Origin: Eledone cirrhosa
Lineage: Eukaryota
DNA length: 64,000 bases
Reading direction: 5' to 3'
Assembly: GCA_964016885.1 (NCBI GenBank)
Contig: OZ024752.1
Coordinates: 16,988,001-17,052,000 of the forward strand
Part shown: piece after piece, positions 50,726 through 64,000 of the stretch
Numbering within the stretch: position 1 is the stretch's first letter
Layout of the letters: every line of letters begins with the position of its first letter
Notes under the pieces: generated by a model
Seen by the model: the letters and a program-made list of their open reading frames with translations, nothing else
Databases searched by the model: none
What the model was told of the DNA's origin: nothing
Made by a program: the position numbers and the translations under genes

Positions 50726-51112
50726 CTGTAAAATAAAAGTAGAAACTATGTAATGTAACTAGCTGGCCCCGTGCCGTCAAAAATGATGGCTCATTGTAAT
50801 ATCTATACATAATATAAACAAGAGATGTTTGTTGTTTGTTTCTTGGCACAAGAGTGATACGAATACACAAAGGCACAGCCAATGTGTAGTCAATTCGCTA
50901 TACATATACACAGACAAGTGTGACGAACCATAGAACGCTGGACTGCTATAGTTTCTCACCACTCTCCCTTCCTCAGTCATCACATACATGTGTGTGTATG
51001 TAATAATCATTTCTCTAAGTGTGTCTGTTTATATATATGTATGTGTAGATGCATGCGTGTATTTGTAATTGTATAGTCTACGTATCTTTCTAAATAAAAC
51101 ACACACACACAC

Positions 51113-51151
<39 letters not shown>

Positions 51152-51387
51152 TATTATATATAAATATAATTTACACAAACACACACACACGCACAAACAC
51201 TCACATAATCATAACAGCCAATGTGTGTAGCCAATTTACTATACATATACACACACATACAGGAGTAGCGAATGTTAGACGCTGCTTCCTGTAGTTTGTC
51301 ATCATCCCTTCCTTCCTCAGTCATCCCTTGTGCGTGACGTCTCACCCCTTCCTTCCACAGTCATCTCTAGTGCGTGACGTCATCACC

Positions 51388-51765
51388 TCTTCCTTCCTCA
51401 GTCGACGTAATCCCTCTTCCTTCCTCAGTCGACGTTATCACCCCTTCCTTCATCAGTCGACGTATTCCCTCTTCCTTCCTCAGTCGACGTTATCACCCCT
51501 TCCTTCCTCATTCGACGTTATCACCCCTTCCTTCCTCAGTCGACGTAATCACCCCTTCATTTCTCTGTCGATGTAATCACCCCTTCCTTCCTCAGTCGAC
51601 GTAATAAACCCTTCCTTTCTCAGTCGACGTAATACCCCTTTCCTTCCTCAGTCGACGTAATACCCCTTTCCTTCCTCAGTCGACGTAATACCCCCTTCCT
51701 TTCTCAGTCGACGTAATACCCCCTTCCTTTCTCAGTCGACGTAATACCCCCTTCCTTCCTCAGTC
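51388..51765. repeat. About 28-bp minisatellite (CCTTCCTTCCTCAGTCGACGTAATACCC), about 13 copies
   Basis: GTCGAC at 51623, 51651, 51679, 51707 and 51735. Confidence 0.92.
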
Positions 51766-51984
51766 ATGACTAGTATGTGACGGAGAGTAATTTTAAATGT
51801 AATAAATAACGAAAAATTTAGCGGAGGTACATAAGGAATTATGTCGACCCAGTTCTGCTTGAAGCGTTGAGTTATGGCCTTTAAGTTCTGAGTTCAAATC
51901 CCGCCGAGGTTAACTTCGCCTTTCATCCTTACGGGGTCGAAATGGTTTAAGCATACATATATGTGTATATGTATATGTGTGTGC

Positions 51985-52039
<55 letters not shown>

Positions 52040-52384
52040 GTAATAATAAACATTTGAAGACTAAAATCCAAAGAGGGCTCGATAAGGATAAAAATATATC
52101 AAATATATAAGAACCGTAGAGCAAATATTTATTAAAATAACAGATTAAAGTTTAAGCAAAGAATCGCTGCTTTCACCCTTAACGGGATCTTCTGAAACTA
52201 ACAAAGTCAATCTGTAAACGCAGAAGTGAATATTTCAAAAAACGTTACAACCGGAGGAAGACAGGAAGACGATACTTTGGTTCGTGGAAACGTTCCCTGG
52301 CAAAGAACGGGAAAACACGAATATAATACGTCATTATTTGGAGCGGTGAAAAACAATTACACGCAAATATATATATATATATAT

Positions 52385-52499
<115 letters not shown>

Positions 52500-52866
52500 A
52501 TAGAATTAGAATTTCGTATTTCTTTAGAAATACGTAATCCAAATATATATAAATATATATATATGAGTTCGGATCTAGCTGGTGAAACAACCGGAACTCA
52601 GCTGTCGGGGTCCTGACTTTTCCTATTACCCATTCTACTAATCTAATTATCGAGTACACTAGTACATTATGGTTCACCTGGTTTCTCTAGCTTCACGCAT
52701 AGCACCAGTAATGTACTGGGGTAATTGTTGGCCTTCTGCCAAAACTAGAAACAATTATTGGAGGAAATTACACCCGGCAGCATCGAAATGGTTTAAGCAT
52801 GCACATATATGCGTATATATGTGTGTGTGTGAATATATATATATATTTTTTCTTTTTGAATATATA

Positions 52867-53579
52867 TCTATATATATATAAAGATGAAGTTTTCTGTATG
52901 TGTATGTGGACAATTTTTAATGAGGGCTCATATATTCTAAACCATTCATGCGATTTCTTTTAAATTTTTTACAGAGCTTCTCCTTGCACAAAACCTGTAC
53001 ATGATCTACAAAGGCTTTCAAAAATCGATATTGGGACCTTTGGAGACATTAAAAAAGTTTCGGTTATTTGTGTGAATTTTCGAGATTACGTAAGACAAGA
53101 GTTATCTTTAAGTGAAGACAAGAGTTACCTTTCATAATTCGGCTCATTCGGATTTTAATTTACTCTTTGTACTTGAAACAAAAGCTACGCTTCCTTGAGA
53201 CTAACAATATCATTTTGTATATTTTACAACCAGCAATTTCTAACAGATTACTAAGTTAAGTTATAGATTTGACATTGTATAATTTATCGTTTCAAGCTTG
53301 ATGTTCATACATTAAGTGATGTCATAACTTTTATAATATTATGCTTTGTACATAATAGTGTCTATTATTCACTTCACTTCTCTATTTCATGATGCGCTTT
53401 TACTGTTGTCAAAAAAGACACCGAGATCACATATTAATTATTTCGCTGGAATAGTGCCTAAGGTTTTCATGTTTACATAAAGTACGTTTTTCTTCTATGT
53501 ATGCAAATTTACTTTGTTTAGTTTAATGAGCTACACCGAAAGCTACTTGAACCGTCCAAAGGACGGGTAGTTTAACTAG
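52867..53579 (+). mobile_element. Non-autonomous Helitron
   Basis: 5' A|TC, subterminal hairpin ccgtcc-aaa-ggacgg (53552-53566), and 3' CTAG|T. Confidence 0.8.
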
Positions 53580-54286
53580 TATAGAATAGAATTAGAATTT
53601 AGCTTCGAGCATAGCTGTATACAAATATGTATTTGAATTTCGTATTTCTAAAGAAATACGGTATGTTTATAACTAAACATTTACAAAAGCCGTAGCTTAA
53701 GTTTTTTGTTATACACGTACCGTATTTCTGGTTTCATTAGCTTTACCCATAGTTGTATACATACATGTATTGAAATGTATGTTTATCCATAAACGTACAT
53801 ACATATGTATGGATAATAAACATACATATATATGTTTATCCCAAGTGTCTGCTTGGTAATCTGCTCAAAATAAATGTTTGGCTTATTTTATTATATGAGA
53901 AAATTCTTTCTTTTTCCAACACCACCACCTCCACCCTTCCATTACCATCATCATCATCACCACCACCAACACCACTATCATTATCATCTTCGTCACCACT
54001 ACTGTCACTAGCACTACCGTAGCCACCAACCACAACCATTTCACTACATCTCACCCCTTTCTCCTGTTCCGATCTTAAACACAGACTGAAATCCATACCT
54101 TTCGCAAATCTTTCCCTCTCTCTATCTCTTTCCTTTTCTCTCCCATTCTCTTTCTCTCACTATATCTTCCCTACACTCTCTCTTCCATTCTCTCTCTGAT
54201 ATTTTCTCTCTCCAACACTCCCTTTCTCTCGCAGACTATCTTTCCCTCTCGCTCTCTCATTCTCACCCTCTCATTCCATTTACCTC

Positions 54287-54737
54287 TAATGAGGAATCTG
54301 CAGATACTCCATCCTGACTATCCCTTCAGATTTATACCTGTGATTATTGGAACACTGGGATATGTTAGTAACTGCCTCAGTACAAATCTTGATAAGCTGG
54401 ACTTCACAGAACCAGAAAGAACACAATTAATTAGGAAATTACAAGTACAATCCATTAATAGAACAGTAAAAATATGTAAAACATTCCAAAAATTCTTCAT
54501 GTAAATATTGCATGTACACATGTACAGATACAAAACATATGACCATGCACACATATAACTCAAAATATCTACATCCACACATACAATAACATCCATACTT
54601 ACACACACACACGCATGCAGATATACATACGTAACTACCTAGTTGATGTTGTGTAAATTCCAATGAAAGAATCTTGTATCTATGTCAGAAACCGACTCTC
54701 TATTGGTAAAATATATAAGAAATTATAAAACCAGAAC

Positions 54738-54738
<1 letters not shown>
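54287..54738 (+). mobile_element. 3' fragment of Dong/R4-like LINE
   Basis: MRNLQILHPDY..PVIIGTLG..VKICKTF. Inverted relative of 48669-49110. Confidence 0.8.
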
Positions 54739-54774
<36 letters not shown>

Positions 54775-54816
54775 ATTAACAACAAAGAGCGCTTAGAACA
54801 TAGGTATATCTTTAAT

Positions 54817-54862
54817 TGCTAACAGTGTTTCGTCCACACTAGAAGTGGGACTCTTCAGAGCA
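54817..54862 (-). ncRNA. Hammerhead (inverted copy, GUU site)
   Basis: Reverse complement of 55969-56014 with C17 changed to U. Confidence 0.75.
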
Positions 54863-55129
54863 TAAAGAGTAAATACATAGTATACAAGCATTGACAAAGC
54901 CAAAACAGTAAAAATATGTAAAACTGTTGAACTGCGGCTAACTGCAACACCTAAGGCGTTCGCGTGCTCCTGATATATTCCATATATCACCATGAGTCAA
55001 CACTAGTGTCACCTTAGGATTTCTATAATAATATTATTATTACATGCCCTAATAATTACCATCTTGATTACCCTTATTACATCTTTTTACCCCCAGTTAC
55101 ATTTTTATAAATATGCATTACTTGGACTG

Positions 55130-55169
<40 letters not shown>

Positions 55170-55968
55170 TTGTATATACGTCTCTTGTATATATATTTTT
55201 TATATATATTTTTGTATATATTTTTGTATATTTTATATATTGTACGTATATCACTTGTTGAACATAGCTTGATAGCTTATGCATTTGCCAGTCTTATCTT
55301 TACCCACACCTTCCTTTATGGTGTATATTTTACTCCATTTTTTTTGGTGTATTGTTTTATTTATCTTCTGGTGTATATTTGACTTTACTTTATTTTATTT
55401 TATTCTATTTTATTTTATTTTTTATTTTTTATCTTTTATCTATTTTTTATCTATTTCTTATCTATTTTTTATCTATTTTTTATCTATTTTTTAATCTATT
55501 TTTTATCTATTTTTTATCTACCTCTTATCTATTTTTTATCTATCTCTATCTCTTAACTTGTGCCCATCCGTCTATGATATGTTATTTGTATTAGTGTATA
55601 CTGTATGTGTTGCATATGGGTGCTTGTGTGTAGGTGCATGCGGGTGCTCATGCTTATGCGTATACTTGTATGTAGCTGTATGTTAACGGAACCCTGCCCA
55701 ACTGTGAGTGATAACATTTCTTTTTTATTTTTCATTTTTATTTTTATTCTTATTTTTATTTTTATTTTTATTTTTATTTTTATTTTTATTTTTATTTTTA
55801 TTTTTATTTTTATTTTTATTTTTATTTTTATTTTTATTTTTATTTTACTCTTTTCTTATTTTACTCCTTTTACTTTACTCTTTAAACTCCTCCCAACTTA
55901 TGGTATCCCCACACATATTCTTCTGTTTTGGCTTTGTCAATGCTTGTATACTATGTATTTACTCTTTA

Positions 55969-56014
55969 TGCTCTGAAGAGTCCCACTTCTAGTGTGGACG
56001 AAACACTGTCAGCA
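55969..56014 (+). ncRNA. Canonical minimal type I hammerhead (GUC site)
   Basis: tgct-CTGAAGA-gtcc-cacttctagtgt-ggac-GAAA-cactg-TC-agca. Confidence 0.85.
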
Positions 56015-56141
56015 ATTAAAGATATACCTATGTTCTGAGCGCTCTTTGTTGTTAATTGTATTACGGCTCTGTCCTCTGACATTGAGCTAACCATATACTG
56101 CCTATTTGATAAGTGGAGTGTTACACACTCCCAATTCTCTC

Positions 56142-56202
<61 letters not shown>

Positions 56203-56238
56203 GTTGAAAATTGCAAACTTGACTGTCACCACATATTA

Positions 56239-56277
56239 TGAACCTGAAGATTGCGAAAGCATGAAAGTACTTGATCA
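56239..56277 (+). ncRNA. Minimal hammerhead
   Basis: tgaac-CTGAAGA-t-tgc-gaaa-gca-t-GAAA-gtac-TT-gatca. GNRA-capped helix II, palindromic AGTACT, one mismatch in helix I. Confidence 0.62.
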
Positions 56278-56427
56278 ATTAACACTTAGAATTTAATATT
56301 CTATCATACTATTTCATTATAATACCATTATAAATTTTAAAGGATTGTAAATAAAACGAGTAAATCAGACAAAGTTGGAATTCCTCTTATTAATATAATC
56401 TTCTATACACAATCATATACACCCGTG

Positions 56428-56566
<139 letters not shown>

Positions 56567-56864
56567 GTATGAGACGTAGCTCCGTTTAATTGATTATTTG
56601 TCTAGTTAAGTGCTACGGGCTAAGAGGAAAAACTGGATACATTTTATCTTACTGATCCTCGGGGAGAATAGTCGGTATCATTTGTCTATTATTTCTTCGA
56701 AGTTACATTTAAAACTTATAGATCAGTTTAAATGATTATTTATCTAATTGATTTCTACGGACTAGGGTGAAGAAAGATTGGGTGTATTTTATCTAATAAT
56801 TCTTCAAACTTACAATTTTATATATATATATATATGTATATATATATACAAACATACATACATA

Positions 56865-56986
<122 letters not shown>

Positions 56987-56997
56987 ATGTATATATA

Positions 56998-57060
56998 CTA
57001 GACCACCCGTGACCAGTTGGGTCACGTTCGTTTCAAAATATTTTTTAAATAATTAAAATA
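56998..57060 (-). mobile_element. Helitron 3' terminus
   Basis: Minus strand: hairpin cgtgacc-caact-ggtcacg, 6 nt, then CTAG|T. Confidence 0.6.
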
Positions 57061-57273
57061 TACACAGACATGTATATAATGTGAAATGGAACTGGAAGGC
57101 CCATACATATATGCGTGTGTATATATATATAGGAACAAGTAAGACCCCGACGGCTGAGCTCAAGCCGTTTCGACGGCTAATTCTGGACTGTTCCTATTAC
57201 CCACTCTACTACCCTAAGTATTGAGTACTTTGGTGCGTTATGGTCCACCTGGTTCCTTACCACTTTTCCTTCG

Positions 57274-57308
<35 letters not shown>

Positions 57309-57309
<1 letters not shown>

Positions 57310-57682
57310 AATTAGTATATCTACCAACATATGTATACCTATGCTAGCAAATATATATGTTATGTCTTAGTAACTTTGTGGTTCTATGCAAGGGGATGCA
57401 GAACAATTATATGAAAGACGTAAAATAAGAAAATTATTAAAATTAACTTACTTACTAAAATTTTCACTCCAACTAATTAGTTTCTGTAAGGGAATAAATA
57501 TAGTTACGCAACGCAACCATAGAAAAATCCTTACGTCATCAGGGAGTCTATTCTCAGCTAAGGATTTCTCTATGGTTGCGTTGCGTAACTATATTTATTC
57601 CCTTACAGAAACTAATTAGTTGGAGTGAAAATTTTAGTAAGTAAGTTAATTTTAATAATTTTCTTATTTTACGTCTTTCATA
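57309..57682. mobile_element. Diverged family-A unit with inverted partial copy
   Basis: Similar to 16150-16405 in reverse. 57562-57682 is the inverted copy of about 57410-57530. Confidence 0.78.
57466..57547 (-). ncRNA. Hammerhead, diverged family A
   Basis: Minus strand: actcc-CTGATGA-c-gtaagg..ccttac-a-GAAA-ctaattag-TT-ggagt. Confidence 0.72.
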
Positions 57683-58775
57683 TATATATATGAATAAAGT
57701 TAGTCCTTCATCAGTGATCTTCCAACCTTCATTGGTATTTCATCGCTTTATAGACCATATACCTCCGGTTGGTACGAGCAACGGCTAAAGAAAGTCGTTG
57801 GGACACGTAAATAAGGGGAACGAGCGAGACTGCAAACAAACAAAGATGGTAATGCAACGCAAAGTGAGGAAGAAAGAGTCAAGGCCCAGATTTCCATGAA
57901 TATAAGTTCGGTGAAATCGTGAACGAGAGAGAATAAAGACCATCAGACCTAGTCGAAATGTGACCCAGGAAGGAATTTCGCACAGGTCAAACGGGAGGAA
58001 GAAGGAGTCTAGTCCCTTAATTCGGTGAACATAAGTTCTGTGAAATTATAGACAAGAGAGAAAAAAGGAACAACCAGCCTGGTCAAGCGTGCGCGAGAAA
58101 AGAATTACGCACAGGTGAAACGGGAGGAAGTAGGAGAGGTAGTAGCAGAGAGTGAGTGAGTGAAGGGCGATGAAGAGGCTAACAGAGAGAGTGACTGTTA
58201 GAGAGGGTAAAGGGAGGTGAAAGATACAGAGAAAGAGGAAGCAGTAAGAACGAATATATATATATATATATATATATTGGTAAACGGAATAGAAAATGCT
58301 GACAAATTGTTCACAGTGGAAAATAGTTTAATGAGGAATAAATGAGAATTAGTAATTGTATTGGTTAGTATTCAGTTTTGGTTTTAAGTTTTACCGGTTG
58401 CGCATTTCTAAATGCTTTTCAAAAATAATTTTGAGATAGAGCGTCCGTGATGTTTGCTCCGATCTGATTAGTTTTGGGAATTCTACCTGTTTTTATGTTA
58501 AAAAAGTGGCTCCAGCGCTATTAAAATTGGTTTTTGCGCCAATTCGTGTTGCAAAAATTCTTGTGGTCAAAACAATTTTGATTGGTCGGTAGAGGTCATG
58601 TGAATGTAAAAAATTGATTTTGCGCCAAGACTGAGAAATGACTCTTTCACAACAAATATGTGTGTATGTGTGTGTGTGTGTAGTAGTAGTAAAGTGTTCG
58701 TTGTTGTGATAATGGTTAGCAGGGACGTGTGTGCGAACCGCAGCCTGTTGACAGTTCAAATGCTTATTAAGACAC

Positions 58776-58868
<93 letters not shown>

Positions 58869-58976
58869 GCAGAGTAATTCGTGGTAGAGGGATGGTCAGT
58901 AGGAATGTGTCTGTAAGTGAGTGGAGGATATTTTAACATGTTAAAAGATATTTTTCAGCTCTTGTCTTATACGGAG

Positions 58977-59013
<37 letters not shown>

Positions 59014-59225
59014 AGTCTCTTTGTATGTTAATGTACGAGTGTGTATGTGTGTGTGTATATATATGTGTGTGTGCGTGTGTGAGAATGTGTGTGTGTGTGT
59101 GTGTGGGTGGACCAGTATTTTTTTCCTGGTAAAATGGTGTACATTATTCGATATTTTCAGTAAAATTGATTCTCTCAATAGAACATCAAAAACCTTAACA
59201 ATAAAAGGTGTGAAATGATATTGAC

Positions 59226-59257
<32 letters not shown>

Positions 59258-59395
59258 TTCACTATATATATATATATTTTTTTTGTGTTGCACCATAGAA
59301 CATGTGTGTTTACGTATGTCATTGTGTTTATATGTGGGTAGAGATGTGTGCTGATGTAGGTATGTATGTTGATGTGTGTATGTTGTGGGTTCGTC

Positions 59396-60665
59396 TTAGG
59401 GAGAAGTGTTTAGACGGGGTCCGTATTTGTTAATAAAGTAAGATTCCTTGCTGATGCGCTGGGTGTGGGTGGCATTATCTTTAAATTTGCAGAGGGGAAA
59501 GATTCTGAAGTTGGGATGATTTTGGGCGGCACAGGTATCAATGTGTTCACTCAGTGGTATTTTCCTGTATTCCCGTATTTTAATTTGGGATCTATGGGCA
59601 GTCATGCGTTGGTGGAGGCTGTTTTTGGTCTGGCCTATGTATTGTTCTCGACAACCTGAGCAAGTTAATACATATATTAGATTTTCCAATGCACATGTGA
59701 AATTGTGTTTTACTATAAAACGTTGTCCTTCTTTGAAATAGAATTCCGAACCCTCTATTAGGTTGATGCAAATGCCACAGTTGGGTCTATCGCATTTTTT
59801 TACTGTGGGTTTCGTTGTTGTGGTTGGCAGTACTTTGGCATGTGTTAGGATGTTTTTCATTGACTTAGATTGTCTTTTGCTCTTTATGATATCGTGTGTT
59901 CGTAGGATTTGGTTCATTCTATGGTCCTTTTTCAACACAGGGATGTTCTGGAGGATGGTGTCGAAGGCCTCATTGTTGAGGGGGTTGTGTGTGGAACTTT
60001 TAGTTTCGGTTGATTTACTTTAGGGTGTCTAAGGTCCTGGGTACTGAGTTTTAGGGCACGTTGGAATCAATTGTCAATTAGTGATGCAGGGTAGTCCCTG
60101 CCTATGAGTGTGTCCTTTAATTCTTGTAGCCGTAAGTAGCAGGTGTTTTTATTGGAGACTATAGTACAGATTCTCTTGGCTAAGTTGTAGGGAATATTAA
60201 TTTTAACGTGTCTAGGGTGGCAAGAGTTGAAAGGAAGATATTGCTTGGAGTCTGTGGGTTTGTAGTATATGTCTGTTTCTATTTTTTTGTTATGGATCTT
60301 AATGAGGATGTCGAGGAAGGGGAGTTGTTGATGGCTGTATTCCATCGTGAAGTTAATATTCGTGTTGAGCCCATTTATAAGGGTGTAAAATTCTTTAAGT
60401 TTTTCGATGTTTTCGTGCCAAAGGATGAAGCAGTCATCTAGATATCGCTTCCAGTTCCTTTCTATGTGTAAGTGGAGAGTGTTTCCAAATTTGTTTAGGA
60501 CTTTAGTGTAGAGGGTGATTTCCAGGTATCCCATGACTAGGTTGGCATAATTGGGGCTGTTTTCGTTCCCATAGCGGTCCCAGATTTCTGCCTGTAGGGT
60601 TTGTTATTGAAAACGAAGTAATTGTTCTCCAAGATAAATTTGAGTCCCTCTATCACGAATTCAAT
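59396..60665 (-). mobile_element. Penelope-like element (Neptune-type), 5'-truncated, frameshifted RT plus GIY-YIG
   Basis: QKSGTAMGT, WKRYLDDCF, LPFLDI, YYKPTD, SCHPRH; CDRPNCGIC linker; NLIYVLTC..QYIGQT..RMTAH..LN. Confidence 0.88.
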
Positions 60666-60669
60666 ATTC

Positions 60670-63600
60670 CAATTGGATGACACTCGCACTTTCAAACATT
60701 CGATCGTTGAAGAGAACAACCCTCGGAGGTACACTAATAATGCCACAACTACAGTCAGGTTGAATAACTGGTTATTCTTCTAACTATATCTTCTGAAGAC
60801 ACCTTTTATTCGAATTCGTAGAGATATCCGACTAAATACATAATTCATCTTACAAGGATTTGCTACAAACAGCATGGCTGAACACAACATCAACAAAAAA
60901 ATTAAGGAAATACCGAAGACAAATAACAAGGAAGGTAATCAAACTTTATTCAGTTGTAACTACAGAAGAAAACGAAATTATAAATCGCATTTCTCTTTGA
61001 GTTGCGAACTTAATAATGATTTATTTAATTGTTATAAAATGGCAAAAAACAATCCCTCCATTGGCTATATGAATAGAATGAAGCTACACTGGGACGAAAT
61101 GCACCCAGAGCTAAATTATTTCATAGCGAAACAATTACGCCAACAAGCGACGTTTGTTGAAAGTAAAAATAAGATAAATATTATTAATTGTAAGTCCCCC
61201 ACAACAAACATGTTATCAACAACTCGTGTTACAGTTAAGCTACTAAACTTCCTAGCAGTCAGGTCGATCAATGCCTTGAAACAACTATGCCAGTAAGAAA
61301 CTTGACACCACCTGTACCATCTAAGTCTACCTCGAATGCTTGGAAAAACACTATCGATAATAATAATAATCGAAGAAATTTGACACCACGTGTACCATCC
61401 GAGTCTACCTCGACTATTGTGGAAAATACTATCGATAATGATAATCAAAAGTATAAACAATTGAAAATTTCCCTCAATGAAATCTTCCCGAGAGAAATTA
61501 ACTCATGTATAAATATCTCTCTTGCTGAACGTGTTAAAACGACAATGTTGAATAAAAAACCAAATAATGAAATATTACGTGTTATTGACGAAATAGGGAT
61601 GAATATTTACGACGGATAAAACCCCAACATTTTGGCAAATCAACGCCAAAAATACCATCATATATAACTAAAATAGAAAAAAGATTGCTGACCTACGAAA
61701 AAACATAGGATATGTGACAATGCTCCTTACATGCAAACAAACACAAAAAAACCTCACTCCTCACCAACAAAGAGTGAAAAATAAAATAGAAACGATGTTT
61801 GGTAACAGTAGAACCAGAACTCTCCAATATAAGCTGATCACCCTCAAACAAGAATTTAGAACTGTTAGCGAAAAACGCCGATACCTGAAGAAGGTAGATG
61901 AGATAAAAGTGCTTAATAAAAGATTCAGACGAAACCAAACATCAGTCTATAGAAATATGAAGGGCAAAATAATAAGTGTCACCGAGACCCCATCCCAGAA
62001 AGACATAGATTCCTTTTGGAGAAAAATATGGGGTGAAAAGAAGAATTTCAACCAAGATGCAATGTGGCTAAGAGAAATCCGAAAGAACTATTGCTCCTAC
62101 ACTACAACAAAAACATACGAAATAAGTGAGGGTACCCTTGAGACTGTGATAGGAAACCTCCAAGATAAGAAAACACCAGGAAGAGACATGATTGTCGGCT
62201 ACTGGTACAAAAAACTGATATTCTATCGGAGGTATCTTACTGACCTCTACCAACAAGTTCTTAAGGGAGATACACTTATACCAGAATGGTTGACATTAGC
62301 ACAAACATTACTGGTCCCCAAGAACAAAGACACCCACTTGGAAAAAACTACCGACCCATTGCATGCCAGAACCTGATGTATAAGATGTATACAGCCTGCC
62401 TGAACCTATTCCTCCCAGATCACTGTGAAAATAATAACATCATCACAGATGAACAAGCAGCTAGAAAGAAAGGGGTTTGGGGATGTGCTGAACAACTCCT
62501 AATCAACAAAACTGCGATGTCGGAGGTGCGACAACTTAGGAGGAATATGACTACAGTCTGGCTGGACTACAGGAAAGCTTTCGATTCTGTTCCCCACTCT
62601 TGGATGATAGAGGCCCTCCAACTTGCTAATGTCCCAGACATTATTGTCAGAGCCATAGAGAGGCTGTCTTCTTCTTGGGCTACTATCCTAAGGTTAAAGA
62701 CAGAGAGGGAGGACTCTATTTTCACTGATAAAATAAAATATTGCAGGTGTATATTTCAGGGGGACAGTCTCTCTGTGATATTATTCATCTTGTCATTAAA
62801 CCCCTTGTCCTTTCTGCTCAAGAACTGTGAGGGATACATCATTGGCTCACAGGAGGACAGAAATACGAACCTAACCCATAATTTCTTTGTGGACGATCTG
62901 AAACTCTATGCCAAGAACATGGATGGGCTGAAGAAAAATCTTGACCTGGTTACAACGTTCTCAAAGGATATAGGAATGGAGTTTGGCCAAGATAAATGCT
63001 CATACATGACTGTAAAGCGGGCAAAAACAACAACCCAATCTAGCAACATTGTCATCAATGGCCTGACTGTTTCACCGATATCTTATGAGGACTGCTACAG
63101 ATACCTGGGGATAGATGAGAACTTATCCTATAATGGTATCTGTAATAAAGAACGCGTAACCAAGGAATACTACACCCGATTAAGAAAGATCTGGTCATCG
63201 GAACTCTCTGCACAAAACAAAATAGTGGCTCACAATGTGTTTGCTGTGCCTGTTCTAACACCAACGTTTGGAATACTCAATTGGACGATAGACGAAATCC
63301 GAGCAGTTGATGTTGGAACTCGAAAAATACTGAACAACACCGGAAACTTCCACATCAACAGTGACATAAACCGCCTTTACTTGAAGCGTAAGCAGGGGGG
63401 CAGAGGCCTAACATCAGTCCAGACAACATTTGAATGTCGCATCTTATCTCTCCGACAACATCTACGAACCTCGAAGCGTAGGAGCCCGTTTCTCGAGCAA
63501 GTCTATCTGCATGAAACAGATAAGATCATGAGAGTTGGGAAGGAATTCCTCGAGAGATATTCCCTGTGTGATAATCAAAAACTCACACCCAGGGAAGTCG

Positions 63601-64000
63601 CTCAGCAGTATCGCAGTGAATCCATGGATGAAAAGCTGCATGCCTATCAGCAAAAAATCATGCATGGATATGTTGCCAGGAAGCTCCAGAGTGAGAGTAA
63701 TATAGATAAGGAAAGTAGTCTATCTTGGACCAACAACCGCTATATTGGCTCCCACTTTGAAGGATACGCTTTTGCAATCCAGGAACAGGAGATTAGCACG
63801 AAATACCTGATTCACAAAAGAGATAGGGATGCAGGCAAAACACGTAGATGTGATAACAAGTGCAGACTCTGCAAAAAAGATAGCCCGATAATAAACACAT
63901 TAAAAGCTACAGCAATGTGGAAGACATCCATGTACATAATATGAAAGAGTAAAAACCCCAATAAAATGCAGGCATAACAGACCAGATATTATGATATGGG
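60670..64000 (+). mobile_element. Second R4/Dong-like RLE LINE, multiply frameshifted, runs off the window
   Basis: ORF pieces 60874-61296, 61287-61619, 61714-62376 and 62286-63944; YRPIAC, WLDYRKAFDSVPH, IFQGDSLS, FVDD, GGRGL, AIQEQ, CRLC, and HNRPDIMIW at the window end. Confidence 0.85.

Larger units (their letters stand above)
54773..56059 (+). mobile_element. PLE-type 3' end with about 135-bp inverted terminal copy
   Basis: 54773-54908 is the reverse complement of 55923-56059, and each arm carries a hammerhead. Confidence 0.8.

Noticed and set aside
49482-50882. Horizontally acquired bacterial GT11
   Set aside because: It has animal type II membrane topology, a stem and a splice acceptor; single-exon catalytic domains are normal for animal FUT1/2-like genes.
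51388-51765. CRISPR array
   Set aside because: Tandem minisatellite without spacers.

Overview
Repeat-dense, AT-rich animal DNA, most likely a cephalopod such as octopus (inferred from the SINE and LINE types and the very abundant (TA)n/(CA)n/(ATGT)n microsatellites). The one clear host gene is a GT11 alpha-1,2-fucosyltransferase, whose main coding exon is at about 49482-50725 on the minus strand and has a tandemly repeated mucin-like stem. Nearly everything else is transposon-derived: two R4/Dong-like RLE LINEs, a near full-length Tx1 LINE, two RTE LINE families plus short non-autonomous RTE derivatives, CRE-like fragments, three Penelope-like (PLE) coding remnants, SINEs, non-autonomous Helitrons, a hAT relic and two 28-bp minisatellites. 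The most striking signal is invisible in the ORF track. Reading by eye gives about 20 type I hammerhead ribozyme motifs (13 distinct sequences), mostly in non-coding units arranged as tandem monomers (about 545 and 656 bp) plus an inverted partial copy, as in PLE-type elements and retrozymes. Related copies show compensatory base changes, most have a palindromic helix III, and seven of the 13 replace the usual 10.1-11.1 pair with U.U (five) or C.A (two related). PLE hammerheads and retrozymes are known classes, so any novelty lies in the families and core variants and needs testing. All coordinates and RNA folds were worked out by eye.
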